Below, piece after piece: positions 18,605 to 27,366 of a stretch of 64,000 nt of DNA. The notes under the pieces are model-generated. The model did no database searches. It was given only the letters and a program-made list of their open reading frames with translations, and was not told the DNA's origin. The position numbers were made by a program, and so were the translations under genes. Source of the stretch: a virus; the IMG/VR virus record IMGVR_UViG_3300044766_000192, positions 1-64,000 of that record; one strand, 5' to 3'. The number at the start of each line of letters is the position of its first letter. Position 1 is the stretch's first letter.

Positions 18605-18855
18605 AAATCTCACCCGAGCTTGATCGAATCATCTCGGCCATCGCCGAGGCCAAGATGCACCTGATCATCGCCGTCGCTTGCAAGGCCGGAAGCTCCGAGC
18701 GCGCCAAAGAGATCGAAGGCATCAAATGCTCGACGGCAGCGACGCGCGAGCTGTTGCCGTTGATCGGCGGCTTCGAGCGGCTGCCGAAGAACCTTGCGAT
18801 CGAGCTGCGGACCTGCGAGATGGCCGTCGAGCGGCTCGAAAAGCAAACCGCGTAG
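18601..18855 (+). CDS. Hypothetical protein
   Basis: ATGA overlap. Confidence 0.5.
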   Translation: MKISPELDRIISAIAEAKMHLIIAVACKAGSSERAKEIEGIKCSTAATRELLPLIGGFERLPKNLAIELRTCEMAVERLEKQTA

Positions 18856-18898
18856 CGACGAGTTGACGACGTGGCCTAGGCTGTGACAGCCTCCTCGC

Positions 18899-19027
18899 AT
18901 GGCAAAGCGACGCAGGAAGCACGGATCTGGCTGTTCCCCGAGTGGCAAGAAGAAGAACGGCAGGCTCAAGAAGGGCTACCGTTGGGCCAAGGGTCGCAAG
19001 GGCTGCGCGATTCCGGCGAAGAAGTAA
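18899..19027 (+). CDS. Tiny basic protein, 42 aa (MAKRRRKHGSGC...), putative DNA-condensing core protein; not in ORF track
   Basis: TTGACG-N18-CAGCCT-N6-ATG leaderless promoter; very K/R-rich. Confidence 0.7.
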   Translation: MAKRRRKHGSGCSPSGKKKNGRLKKGYRWAKGRKGCAIPAKK

Positions 19028-19084
19028 ACTACTTCGTTCGCACGAAGTTTGACGCGCCTTCGTGAATGTGGGATCTTGCTCCAC

Positions 19085-19177
19085 ATGGCAAAGAAGAAAA
19101 CGTGTCCCTTCGGCAAGGTCTCTCGCGGCAAGCGCAAGGGACATTGCCGGAAGCACAAGAAGTCCAAGAAGCACTAG
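19085..19177 (+). CDS. Tiny basic protein, 30 aa (MAKKKTCPFGK...); not in ORF track
   Basis: Own TTGACG-N17 promoter; about half K/R; two Cys. Confidence 0.65.
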   Translation: MAKKKTCPFGKVSRGKRKGHCRKHKKSKKH

Positions 19178-19211
19178 TTCGTCGTCGCTTAGGACGTAGC
19201 GCAGCCTCGCT

Positions 19212-19586
19212 GTGCTCGGCCAGGCGTTGCTCGGCAAGGTCTGGCAACGCAATCCAAGGAAAGGCGCCGCGATGCTATCGCTTGAAACCTGGGAGCAAAC
19301 CGCGATCTTCGATCCGGCCGACCCCACGCAGAAGAAGATCGAGAAGTACGTCGGTATCCCTGGCGGGTACGGCACGTTCTACTTCAACAAGGTCCCGACC
19401 ACGAGCCAGTTGCAAGGCCCGTTCACCGACGGAATCTCGACGGGTGCCGGTGTCGGTATCGGCCTCGTGATCGCGAGCGTCGTGCTCGGCGCTGGCGCGT
19501 GGGCCGCGCACAAGACCGGCTTGCTCAAGCGCGGCAGGAAAGCCATCGCCGGACTCGGCGGCTACCGGCGTCGTCGGAGGCGCTAG
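19212..19586 (+). CDS. Virion membrane protein, C-terminal TM plus IAGLGGYRRRRRR tail
   Basis: Single TM, LxGxG-type site, poly-Arg. Confidence 0.65.
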   Translation: MLGQALLGKVWQRNPRKGAAMLSLETWEQTAIFDPADPTQKKIEKYVGIPGGYGTFYFNKVPTTSQLQGPFTDGISTGAGVGIGLVIASVVLGAGAWAAHKTGLLKRGRKAIAGLGGYRRRRRR

Positions 19587-19589
19587 CTC

Positions 19590-19841
19590 GTGGCGAAGCA
19601 CGGTCCGATTCACAAGATCGCTGGCTATCCGAAGGGCGACAAGATCACAGATTGGCACGGCAAGCCGATCGGAACGATCGTCCACAAGAGCTGCAAGCGC
19701 GTGCGCCCACATGAGCGCGGCGCGTGGATTTCCAACGAGCGCTGCTCGTACACGGTCAAGATCGACGGCCGGCTCTACACGGGGCGCGGTCGTGGCGAAG
19801 GTATTGTCGTCAATCTTCGTCAGATGAAGCGAGGTCTCTGA
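19590..19841 (+). CDS. Small basic protein
   Basis: MAKH start, operon packing. Confidence 0.6.
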   Translation: MAKHGPIHKIAGYPKGDKITDWHGKPIGTIVHKSCKRVRPHERGAWISNERCSYTVKIDGRLYTGRGRGEGIVVNLRQMKRGL

Positions 19842-20059
19842 TGTCGAAGTCGCGTCGTCGTATCTCGACGCAGTATTGCGTTGAAACCGGGCGTGCGAGC
19901 TGGCATCAACAGCGCGCCGGGCACATCTCGTCGGGCTCTACGTGCTTCTGGTCCAAAAAGCAGGCGAAAAAGTACATGCGCGGCTTCAAGAAGCATCATC
20001 CCGACGAGCCGGCGTTCATCAGGTCGGAGCGCAAGCTGCGCCATTTCGGGGGGCGCTAG
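19841..20059 (+). CDS. Small basic protein (MSKSRRR...)
   Basis: TGATG coupling, K/R-rich, two Cys. Confidence 0.6.
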   Translation: MSKSRRRISTQYCVETGRASWHQQRAGHISSGSTCFWSKKQAKKYMRGFKKHHPDEPAFIRSERKLRHFGGR

Positions 20060-20061
20060 TC

Positions 20062-20499
20062 ATGCCAAGCATTCTTACGCTCGAAGGGCCGCGACTGCTC
20101 GGGTTCGGCACGCCGAAGCTCAAACTCCTACGCATGAACGGCGCGATCGGCGATGCGATCGGCTGCGCCGGTTGTCAGCCGCGAGGTTTCGGCGACGCCG
20201 CGAGTGACGATCTAGCACACTTCAACAACGCGCTCACCGCGTACATGGCGCAGGTCGCCGCGGTTAATAAGTCGTCGACGTGGTTGGGCCTCATCGGCGG
20301 CGTTGCGGGCGTGGTCGCGGGTGTTCTGATCAGCCGCCGCGTAAGCAAGCGCAAATACGCCAAGCTTGGCGGCGCGGTCGCTGGCGGGCTCGGGCTCGGA
20401 CTCGGGACGTTCTTCGCGAGCCGATCGATCATGATGCCGGACTTCGTTGCACCGCAGACGACGGCGCAACAGCTGCTCACAAAAGATCTGACGTTCTGA
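20062..20499 (+). CDS. Virion membrane protein, 2 TM
   Basis: MPSILTLEG leader, LLGFG and RGFGD sites, two Gly-rich TMs. Confidence 0.65.
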   Translation: MPSILTLEGPRLLGFGTPKLKLLRMNGAIGDAIGCAGCQPRGFGDAASDDLAHFNNALTAYMAQVAAVNKSSTWLGLIGGVAGVVAGVLISRRVSKRKYAKLGGAVAGGLGLGLGTFFASRSIMMPDFVAPQTTAQQLLTKDLTF

Positions 20500-20996
20500 T
20501 GGCGAAGCGTCGACTACCGATCGAGCCGTATGAAGGCCGTGACAAGCCCTATCACGGTCCATCAGAAGACTACCCGCGCGATCGAAGACCGAGTGGTGAT
20601 GAGGGTCGTGACAAGCCCTATCACGGCCCATCTGAGGACAATCCCCGCAAGGGCCTTCGCGGGCTCGGTATGGAGCGGCTAGTTTGCACGTCCGAACCGA
20701 CGTCGCTCTCGCGTGTGCGCCTCAACCGAGGTGGCTACGTCGCTCCTATGGCCGGTATTCGACGTTGCACCGATCCATCGGGGAAGCCTGGCGGCTCATC
20801 TAGCTACTTCGGCCAGTTCTGCGCGAGCCCGGCGGCGGCCCAGACCTGCGCGTCGGCGAGCGATGGGCTTAGGTCGGGTGGCGTCGGCGGGATCGGCGTC
20901 GGTATGGGGGCCATTCCGCCCATCGCGTTGAAGTCGGCGACGAGCGTCGCCCAGTCGATGCCGTTCGGCGCTTTATCTGCACCTTTGGCGAGCTGA
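20499..20996 (+). CDS. Hypothetical protein with duplicated EGRDKPYHGPSED and LRGLG site
   Basis: TGATG coupling; 3' end overlaps the convergent peptidase gene. Confidence 0.5.
   Translation: MAKRRLPIEPYEGRDKPYHGPSEDYPRDRRPSGDEGRDKPYHGPSEDNPRKGLRGLGMERLVCTSEPTSLSRVRLNRGGYVAPMAGIRRCTDPSGKPGGSSSYFGQFCASPAAAQTCASASDGLRSGGVGGIGVGMGAIPPIALKSATSVAQSMPFGALSAPLAS
20532..20639. repeat. Two 39-bp imperfect direct repeats, 69 bp apart
   Basis: GARGGYCGTGACAAGCCCTATCACGGYCCATCNGARGAC at 20532 and 20601. Confidence 0.85.
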
Positions 20997-21715
20997 TCGG
21001 GCGTGAGGATCACGAACAGCTGGCCTCCGACTCCGCGCGCGGCATACTGCGCGACGGCAGGCCACGTGATCGTACCGAATAGGCCCCACGAATCGATCTG
21101 CACGCCGCTCGGATCGTAGCCGAGGCCGATGACGGCGTGCCCGTTGTTTGGATCTGGCTGCCCGGCAACGTCCCACACGAAGCCGTCGGTTGATGGAAAT
21201 GGGTTGATCCACTCATCGGGCAGCTCGATGCCGAACATCAGATTCTCGAACAGGAACATCGCGGCCTGGACTTCAGATTGATCCGTCGCGTCGACGGCGA
21301 GCCAGCCGCAAATCTTCGTACCATCCACGAAGCCTTGGTTCTGCCAGAAGTTCAGCGCGGTTTCTTCGTCGCAGCCCTGATCCGTGTTCGGATCGTTGGG
21401 ATCGTAGCCGCCGATCGCGCTGTAGTCCCCGACGATCTGGTTGTCCGCTGCGGTGAACAGTACGCCGGCATTTCCGGTCTCGACGCCGACGATGTGGTAG
21501 CCGCCTGCGATCACGCAATCGCCGAGGCGATCGTTGCCGTAGATGTTCCGCAGCACCGGCAATGCTTTCGCGCTGTAGTCGCATGAGGCTGGCATGGCCG
21601 GCAGCTTCAGATAGTGCTTCAGACGAAGGCGCATCCCGAGCGCGCGAGGACGCCGACGTCCCATCTTGACGGTGCGGCCGAGGTGCGGAGCGGCGATCTC
21701 TTTGAGGGCTGTCAT
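20804..21715 (-). CDS. Papain-like (C1-type) cysteine peptidase
   Basis: GND.LGDCV (Cys), NGHAV (His), DSWG. Confidence 0.7.
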   Translation of the reverse strand: MTALKEIAAPHLGRTVKMGRRRPRALGMRLRLKHYLKLPAMPASCDYSAKALPVLRNIYGNDRLGDCVIAGGYHIVGVETGNAGVLFTAADNQIVGDYSAIGGYDPNDPNTDQGCDEETALNFWQNQGFVDGTKICGWLAVDATDQSEVQAAMFLFENLMFGIELPDEWINPFPSTDGFVWDVAGQPDPNNGHAVIGLGYDPSGVQIDSWGLFGTITWPAVAQYAARGVGGQLFVILTPDQLAKGADKAPNGIDWATLVADFNAMGGMAPIPTPIPPTPPDLSPSLADAQVWAAAGLAQNWPK

Positions 21716-21721
21716 GGGCGC

Positions 21722-21750
21722 AGCCTACAAGAATCTCCTCGTGATAGGCT
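21722..21750. promoter_or_regulatory. Back-to-back leaderless -10 promoters (TAGGCT on both strands)
   Basis: Each hexamer is exactly 6 nt from the ATG at 21715 (-) or 21757 (+). Confidence 0.7.
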
Positions 21751-21756
21751 AGCCCC

Positions 21757-22026
21757 ATGGCTAAGCGGTGCCCGATCTCGACCGTCGCACAGACCGTGAT
21801 CTTTCCTCGGGCCTACGGCGTCGCGCGGGCCAAGAAATGGTTGCGCAAGCACAAGCTCAAGGCCAACAAGGTCGACTACGAGGCGAACACAATCCGGTTT
21901 CGGCAGATTTCGCCCAAGAGCTGTCGGCATGGCGACTTCGCGTCGATCCCGATGGGCAAGACGAGCATCCGCAAGATCATCTGTTGTCCCAAGACGAAAC
22001 GTCGGCGCAAGAAAGCGAAGCGCTAG
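21757..22026 (+). CDS. Small basic protein
   Basis: MAKR start, RFRQ..P motif, K/R tail. Confidence 0.65.
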   Translation: MAKRCPISTVAQTVIFPRAYGVARAKKWLRKHKLKANKVDYEANTIRFRQISPKSCRHGDFASIPMGKTSIRKIICCPKTKRRRKKAKR

Positions 22027-22287
22027 ATGGCGAAGCGTTCAAAGAAGCGTGCGAAGCCTCGCGTGAAGCGGGGCAAGAGCACCACGCGCGTCGTGCGTAC
22101 GATGACACGGACCACGACGACGCTGCGGGGCTCGCCGTCGGATCATGCGCACGAATACATGAACTACGTCGAGCGCGCCGAAGACGCGGTTCGACAAGGC
22201 GAAAAGGCGTCGGCCTGTGACGCGATGTACACCGCCGCGCTTCAGTCGAGCGGAGCCGGGGCAGTTGCAGTCCGCGAGAGCACTTAG
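22027..22287 (+). CDS. Basic protein; frame continues past TAG to 22398
   Basis: MAKRSKKR start; see finding on internal stop. Confidence 0.6.
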   Translation: MAKRSKKRAKPRVKRGKSTTRVVRTMTRTTTTLRGSPSDHAHEYMNYVERAEDAVRQGEKASACDAMYTAALQSSGAGAVAVREST

Positions 22288-22394
22288 GCGTTCAGCCAAG
22301 GATCGTTCGAGCGCAAGCAAGCTGATGCCCGCCACGACAAGCTACTCAAGCGCTCGATCAGGCTCGACGACAAAATTCGCGCAAAGTGCCTCCG

Positions 22395-22736
22395 ATGACC
22401 ACCGCGAAGCAAACATATCGGCTGCGCATCGGGAAGCATAAAGAGAAAGAGATCATCGCAACGCCTCACCAAGCCGCGCGGCAAGCTGCCCGGTTCGCAG
22501 CGCGCGGCACGCTCGTCCGTACCAAAGGAATGTGGGATCAGCCCGAGGACATGCAGCTACCCGAGAAAACCACGCTCGTCGACGATCACGGCGCCGTGCT
22601 CATGACTTGTGCGCCGTCAGTTGTATCGACAGGCGCAGCGCGTGCTGGGCGGCGGGTCAAGTACAGCTTTGCGCGTTGTACGATCAAGCCGGCGTTCAAG
22701 AAACTGATCCACAAGACCAAGCGCAAGAAGCGCTAG
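22395..22736 (+). CDS. Small basic protein
   Basis: K/R-rich C terminus, two Cys. Confidence 0.55.
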   Translation: MTTAKQTYRLRIGKHKEKEIIATPHQAARQAARFAARGTLVRTKGMWDQPEDMQLPEKTTLVDDHGAVLMTCAPSVVSTGAARAGRRVKYSFARCTIKPAFKKLIHKTKRKKR

Positions 22737-23032
22737 CCGATCTTTTCGATCTTCCACTTGCGGCCGATGCCACCGTCGTACAACGCCTCTTCGCATGTAG
22801 AACGAATCACGTCGCCGATCGGGCCGTCGTCGTCGAACGTCGTGAGCTGCATCTTGCCGCGCTCTTTGGTGCTCGGGTGTAGGATCGCGTACCAGTCTTT
22901 GCGCCAGCGAGCCCTGAACTGCACGGTCATGCCGACTTTGCTCGGGCACTTCCACTTGCAGATCTTCATGTCGTCGCCGACGTCGAGCCACGGGCGCGTA
23001 CAGACGAGCTTGATGGGAGATTTCTTGGCCAT
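22733..23032 (-). CDS. Hypothetical protein (MAKKSP...)
   Basis: Operon packing after esterase. Confidence 0.55.
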   Translation of the reverse strand: MAKKSPIKLVCTRPWLDVGDDMKICKWKCPSKVGMTVQFRARWRKDWYAILHPSTKERGKMQLTTFDDDGPIGDVIRSTCEEALYDGGIGRKWKIEKIG

Positions 23033-23035
23033 TGG

Positions 23036-24094
23036 CTAGCTGGTTGGTTTGGTCAACAACGCATGTACGTCATCCCGGCGCGCGTCATCGATGAATCTAC
23101 CCGGACGCACGGCCCCTTTCACCGGCACGTGCTTGCCGGTCATTGTTTCGATCCAAGTCGTCTCACTGCGCCCCCACTTCCGCCGCCACGCTTCTGCCTC
23201 GGCTATCGTGAGCGGTCGCGGGGCATCTACGATTGCGCGAACCGGGACAATTTTACCGTTACGCCGCGTGACGAGCATATACGCGACACGGTAACCCTCA
23301 GTGCTCGGCCGCGATTCGAGGTTGCGTCGTGCGTCGTACGCCATCAATGCCGGACCTGCGAACTTCGGCGAGATCAGCATCCCGATCGGCCCGAGTAGCT
23401 GGCGCTTCTTGAGCGCGCTCAGCGCGTAGCCGACGACCACGATCCCGACGACGCCGATCCCGGCGATGATCAGGCCCTTCTTGATCTTGCTGCTCGTGCT
23501 CGATGTCGAGGTCAGAGCTTGTGCAAGCGCTTGCGCAGTTGGCAACGCAGCGGCGTACGTGAAATGAACGCCGTCACCGGTTCGGCCTTCGAGCACGGAC
23601 AGTGGCCGAGCATCGATCGTCTTGTCGGCGCCGAAGACGTTCTGCATGACGCTGAAGACGTCGGGCGCGAGCGCGTTCATGCTCTCGCTCCTGCCGACGT
23701 AGGTCATCGGGCCGATTGCCCAGACCTCGGCGCCCATGCCGGCGTACGCGTCGCGGATCTGCGTCATCGCTTGCTGGGTGTTACCGAGATCTCGGCCAAG
23801 ATCGTTGGTCCCGAGCATGACAATGACTTTGGTTGGCTGAAAAGCTGCGTCAGCAGCGACGAGATCATTGACAGGCTCGTTGTAGACGAACGAGATCGCC
23901 GAGCGGCCGATCTTAGCGTCGATCTGAGCCGCGCTGGCACCTTGTTCGAGCAACATGCTCGCGAGCAGGTCACCGGGTACGGAGCTAGCTCGATTCGATC
24001 CTTGTGTGACGATTTGGATTGTCGGCGCAGAATCGGGATCGGGATGGCTGAGGCTATCTCCAATCACAAGTATTCGTTCGCCTTGGACGTCCAC
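23036..24094 (-). CDS. SGNH/GDSL esterase with TM anchor and basic C-terminal domain
   Basis: IGDSL, IGRS, LGTND, DGVH blocks; TM GLIIAGIGVVGIVVVGYAL. Confidence 0.8.
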   Translation of the reverse strand: MDVQGERILVIGDSLSHPDPDSAPTIQIVTQGSNRASSVPGDLLASMLLEQGASAAQIDAKIGRSAISFVYNEPVNDLVAADAAFQPTKVIVMLGTNDLGRDLGNTQQAMTQIRDAYAGMGAEVWAIGPMTYVGRSESMNALAPDVFSVMQNVFGADKTIDARPLSVLEGRTGDGVHFTYAAALPTAQALAQALTSTSSTSSKIKKGLIIAGIGVVGIVVVGYALSALKKRQLLGPIGMLISPKFAGPALMAYDARRNLESRPSTEGYRVAYMLVTRRNGKIVPVRAIVDAPRPLTIAEAEAWRRKWGRSETTWIETMTGKHVPVKGAVRPGRFIDDARRDDVHALLTKPTS

Positions 24095-24101
24095 AAGCTA
24101 C

Positions 24102-24434
24102 CTACGCGCGAGCCTTGCGCTTGCTGATTGCATAACCGATACCCCCGATCAAACCCAACGCGCCGACAAGAATCGCAAGCGGCTTCCAGCCGATGCTTTC
24201 GAGTGACGTCGCCATGCCGGCTTGAGCCGGCCCTACAGCCAGCGCTGGGTAGCAGGCGCCGTTTTGAAGGACATAGCCCGGTGCGCAAGTCCGCGTAACA
24301 GGATCTGGGTCAAATGCGATTTCGCCACCTGTGGCGGTCAGTGCACAGATCGGATCGTTCGGGTCGTAGCTCGGGCTGCCTGGCGTACACGGATCATTCT
24401 CGTCGATGATGTCAGCCAGGCCGATCGTGATCAT
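24102..24434 (-). CDS. Cys-containing virion membrane protein
   Basis: MITIGLAD leader, C-terminal TM plus KRKARA; TAGCCT 7 nt upstream. Confidence 0.7.
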   Translation of the reverse strand: MITIGLADIIDENDPCTPGSPSYDPNDPICALTATGGEIAFDPDPVTRTCAPGYVLQNGACYPALAVGPAQAGMATSLESIGWKPLAILVGALGLIGGIGYAISKRKARA

Positions 24435-24475
24435 GGGCCCCAGGCTATCACAGGCGGGCTGTCAAGAATGCCAAC

Positions 24476-24703
24476 TCACGCGCGATGAGGGCTTGTCGAC
24501 AAGCTCGCCGGGAATCGACCCAGTGCGCGAAGGATCAGCGCAGCATGATCGGTGTCGTTGTCGCAGCAACCGCACGCGGTGCTGTTCACGATCATGTCGA
24601 GGAGCGTGTCCGTGATGCGATCAAGATTCGCGCGTAGCTTGGCTAGTTCGCCATCAAGGCGTGCAATTTCGGCTTGGTCTGGATTGTTCATCACTCGCTC
24701 CAC
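24476..24703 (-). CDS. Hypothetical coiled-coil protein
   Basis: Last gene of leftward operon. Confidence 0.4.
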   Translation of the reverse strand: MERVMNNPDQAEIARLDGELAKLRANLDRITDTLLDMIVNSTACGCCDNDTDHAALILRALGRFPASLSTSPHRA

Positions 24704-25344
24704 ATGCGTAGAAGGTTCATCGCGGTCTTCGCGAGCATGTCTGTTTCGGGTGTCTTGCCGTGCCTATGAAACAGGGCGCCACGAGCGGCATCGAGATCGA
24801 GTAACAACTCGCGTTTGTCTGCATCTCGGACGTAGCTCTGAGCCCAGCCGACAGCCGCGAGCCGAGTGCCACGTGTGACCGCATTGACGCGATGGATCGC
24901 CGTCGCAGCGTAGACAAACATGCAACCAGCTTCGAGCTTGATGGTTGTCTCCATGCCAGGTCTCTCGATGACTAGCTCGCCGCCTTCGTAGCTTTCGGGC
25001 TCTGACAAGAACAGCGTGAACGCAACGTCTCGGCGTTGGTCGCCGCCGTTCATCATCGCGTTGTCGACGTGGGGGCCGTAGTAATCCCCGGGTTCGTACT
25101 TCGAGAATAGAACCTGGAATAGTTTTGGGCGAACCGCCGCCTCGAAGATTTTGTTAGCCCTGCAGCTAGAAACTATCGTGTTCCAGTAGTCGAGCACGTC
25201 GGATTGATGTGCTTGCTTGTTGTGTTTGATGGGCGCCGCCGTGACTCCAGCGGTTTGCTTGCCGTCGACGAATCGAGCTTTATCCAGGCCCCTGCGAACC
25301 CCGGCGATCTCGGACGCCGGCAAGATGTCTTTGATTTCGATCAT
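24691..25344 (-). CDS. PKHD-type Fe(II)/2-oxoglutarate hydroxylase (YbiX/PiuC family)
   Basis: YGPHVDNA, TLFLSEPESYEGGEL, HRV..VTRGTR, NLLRMW. Confidence 0.92.
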   Translation of the reverse strand: MIEIKDILPASEIAGVRRGLDKARFVDGKQTAGVTAAPIKHNKQAHQSDVLDYWNTIVSSCRANKIFEAAVRPKLFQVLFSKYEPGDYYGPHVDNAMMNGGDQRRDVAFTLFLSEPESYEGGELVIERPGMETTIKLEAGCMFVYAATAIHRVNAVTRGTRLAAVGWAQSYVRDADKRELLLDLDAARGALFHRHGKTPETDMLAKTAMNLLRMWSE

Positions 25345-25577
25345 TGGATCACGGTGGTCACTGGTAGCGGCACGGGAGTTTCCTGGACCTCTTTGGCCTC
25401 TGCAAGTTGGGGTGCTTCACCCGGAGCCTGCAAGCGCAGTTGATCTTTCAGCTGTTCGATCTCTAGCTGAAGCCGATATTCAAGTGCGTCCGTACGCCGT
25501 CGCGTCCATTCGACCGCGAACAACACAGCAAAAAACACCGTCAGAGTTTGAAACAAAGTTGTTACGAGCATGGTCAC
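25341..25577 (-). CDS. Small membrane protein
   Basis: N-terminal TM, coupled ORFs. Confidence 0.5.
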   Translation of the reverse strand: MTMLVTTLFQTLTVFFAVLFAVEWTRRRTDALEYRLQLEIEQLKDQLRLQAPGEAPQLAEAKEVQETPVPLPVTTVIQ

Positions 25578-25716
25578 TCCACGAGATAGACTTCAAGCAA
25601 GATGACGTAGCCGAGCAGGATGAGCGGAAACAGCACGGCTTCGCCGATGAGCGCAGCGCCGAACAGCCCGGCACGTGTGCCGTCGTTCAGACAGTTCAGC
25701 CACCAGCTCATCGGGT

Positions 25717-25989
25717 TCATGGCGCCGCCCACCCACTCGGTAGTTCGCGATCATCGACGAGCGCGCAATGTCGTGCGAGCGCACGTTTGATCTCGATCGG
25801 TGCGTCGTCACCGAGCAGTCGCGCGGCATCGAGCACGACCCGAGCCGCATCAAGCTCCATCATCATGGACGCGATAGCGTTGAACGCTTCGTGCTGAACG
25901 TGCCAGGGCTCGCTGTGCCGCAAGATTTCGATCTGCATGCCACTGCTCTTGTTGAACGTGTACTTTCCGTTGTCGACGCGAACGCTCAT
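25717..25989 (-). CDS. Hypothetical phage protein
   Basis: GGAG SD; VDNGKYTF...ILRH.EPW. Confidence 0.55.
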   Translation of the reverse strand: MSVRVDNGKYTFNKSSGMQIEILRHSEPWHVQHEAFNAIASMMMELDAARVVLDAARLLGDDAPIEIKRALARHCALVDDRELPSGWAAP

Positions 25990-26164
25990 GGCTTTCGACT
26001 CCTCTTTATTTCGGTGAGCAAGATCCACGCGCAGGCCGGACAGAGCCTGATGCGCTGTGCCTGTACGGGATCATTTCCTTGCCCGACCTCGATCGTATTT
26101 GTCGGCTCGGCGCTGCAACCGTTGCAACCGCCTTGTTGCTTGCCTGTGGGGTACCAGCGGACGC

Positions 26165-26434
26165 TCATCGAATGATTCTCCTGTCTGGCGCCATGGTGAT
26201 GTGTTCTGGCGGTCCGACATCCATTCCATATTGCCGTGTAGGGACGAACGGGATGAATGCGAAGCGTCGCCCGTCCTTTTGCACTGAGCCGTACTCCGCA
26301 GATGTCGAATCGACGACGACGCCTCGTGCCTGCGTTTCAACGATACGATGTGCGATTAGCTTGAGGCCCCACGTGACTACATCGCCAACCTTGAATTTCT
26401 TGGCGAGCTTTTTCTGAACGGCTCGACAACTCAC
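26165..26434 (-). CDS. Hypothetical SH3-like protein
   Basis: FKVGDVV motif, coupled ORFs. Confidence 0.5.
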   Translation of the reverse strand: MSCRAVQKKLAKKFKVGDVVTWGLKLIAHRIVETQARGVVVDSTSAEYGSVQKDGRRFAFIPFVPTRQYGMDVGPPEHITMAPDRRIIR

Positions 26435-27321
26435 GGTTTCTTCCCCTTCCTGAATTCGGCGAGCTGGCCGGCAACGGCCTTGCCGCGCGAGCCTCGGTCG
26501 TATCGACGGGTCGTCTTGGAGTCACTGTGATGGACCGATGCCTGGATCTCGTACTCTGGGAGCCCGGCGTCGTAGCAAGCCGTGATGAACGCAGCACGGA
26601 AGCAGTGCGGATGAACGTTCTTGGCTCCGACGGCTTTGGCGCGTTCGTTGACGAGCTTGTTGATGGTGAGGGGATTCAGCGGTCGAATACCATCGGCGCC
26701 CGGAAACATGAATTCGGACGGTGGGGCAAGCCCTAGCCAGCGATCGATCGCTTCGATCGTGCTCTCGGGTAACTTGCTCTCGACTTCGTTGTCACCTTTG
26801 ACGATGGCTCGCAGAATCCCATCGAAGTAGTCGGCTCGCTTGAGTGCCGCGATAGATGCACGGCGCAGCCCAGTGTCATAGAGCAGCCGTAGGATCGCCG
26901 CATCGCGCGCTCCGCGAGTCTTGTCGAGATCTGCGACGGCGTTTGCGATCATCGCCTCGGCGTCGTCAGCCGCCACGAGCCGCGTCTTGTTGACTGTGGA
27001 CTCGGGGGGCCACGCCAGGACGCTGGGATGGAACGGGTTCGAGGTGACGACGCGACCCGCTAGCAGCACGCGGTAGATTCCCGATAGCGATGCGAGCGCG
27101 CGGCGGGCGCTCCCACGCGACAAGCCATCCCGAAACGCCGCTGCTGCGCTGAGCGGTGGCGAAATCGGCTTGCATCCGAATCGCTTGCAGAATTCAACCC
27201 AGTGATGCAAATCGGCTTGATACGCCTTCCGAGTGTTATCGGATCGTTTCGCGGCGATCAACGAAAGCGCTGCGCTTTCGAATTCGTCGACGGAGATTCG
27301 GATGAGAGCTTGGTCGGACAT
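26431..27321 (-). CDS. Tyrosine recombinase/integrase
   Basis: NTRKAY, RDAAILRLLYDTGLRR, KGD, HCFR, H....TTRRY. Confidence 0.93.
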   Translation of the reverse strand: MSDQALIRISVDEFESAALSLIAAKRSDNTRKAYQADLHHWVEFCKRFGCKPISPPLSAAAAFRDGLSRGSARRALASLSGIYRVLLAGRVVTSNPFHPSVLAWPPESTVNKTRLVAADDAEAMIANAVADLDKTRGARDAAILRLLYDTGLRRASIAALKRADYFDGILRAIVKGDNEVESKLPESTIEAIDRWLGLAPPSEFMFPGADGIRPLNPLTINKLVNERAKAVGAKNVHPHCFRAAFITACYDAGLPEYEIQASVHHSDSKTTRRYDRGSRGKAVAGQLAEFRKGKKP

Positions 27322-27325
27322 GGGG

Positions 27326-27366
27326 GATCGAAATAACTCCTAGTTATGTTAATGGCCCTGATCTAC
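27326..27366. promoter_or_regulatory. Putative recombinase site: ATAAC-N5-GTTAT dyad with TTATGTTAAT arm, plus CCCTGATCTAC
   Basis: Directly upstream of the recombinase; both sub-motifs recur at 35416-35438. Confidence 0.5.

Noticed and set aside
22285-22287. Genome-wide TAG recoding
   Set aside because: Many genes end in TAG immediately followed by the next gene or promoter, and long genes lack internal TAG
27326-27354. Canonical Xer dif site
   Set aside because: Spacer is 7 bp and the left arm is not XerC-like; kept only as a putative site for the viral recombinase
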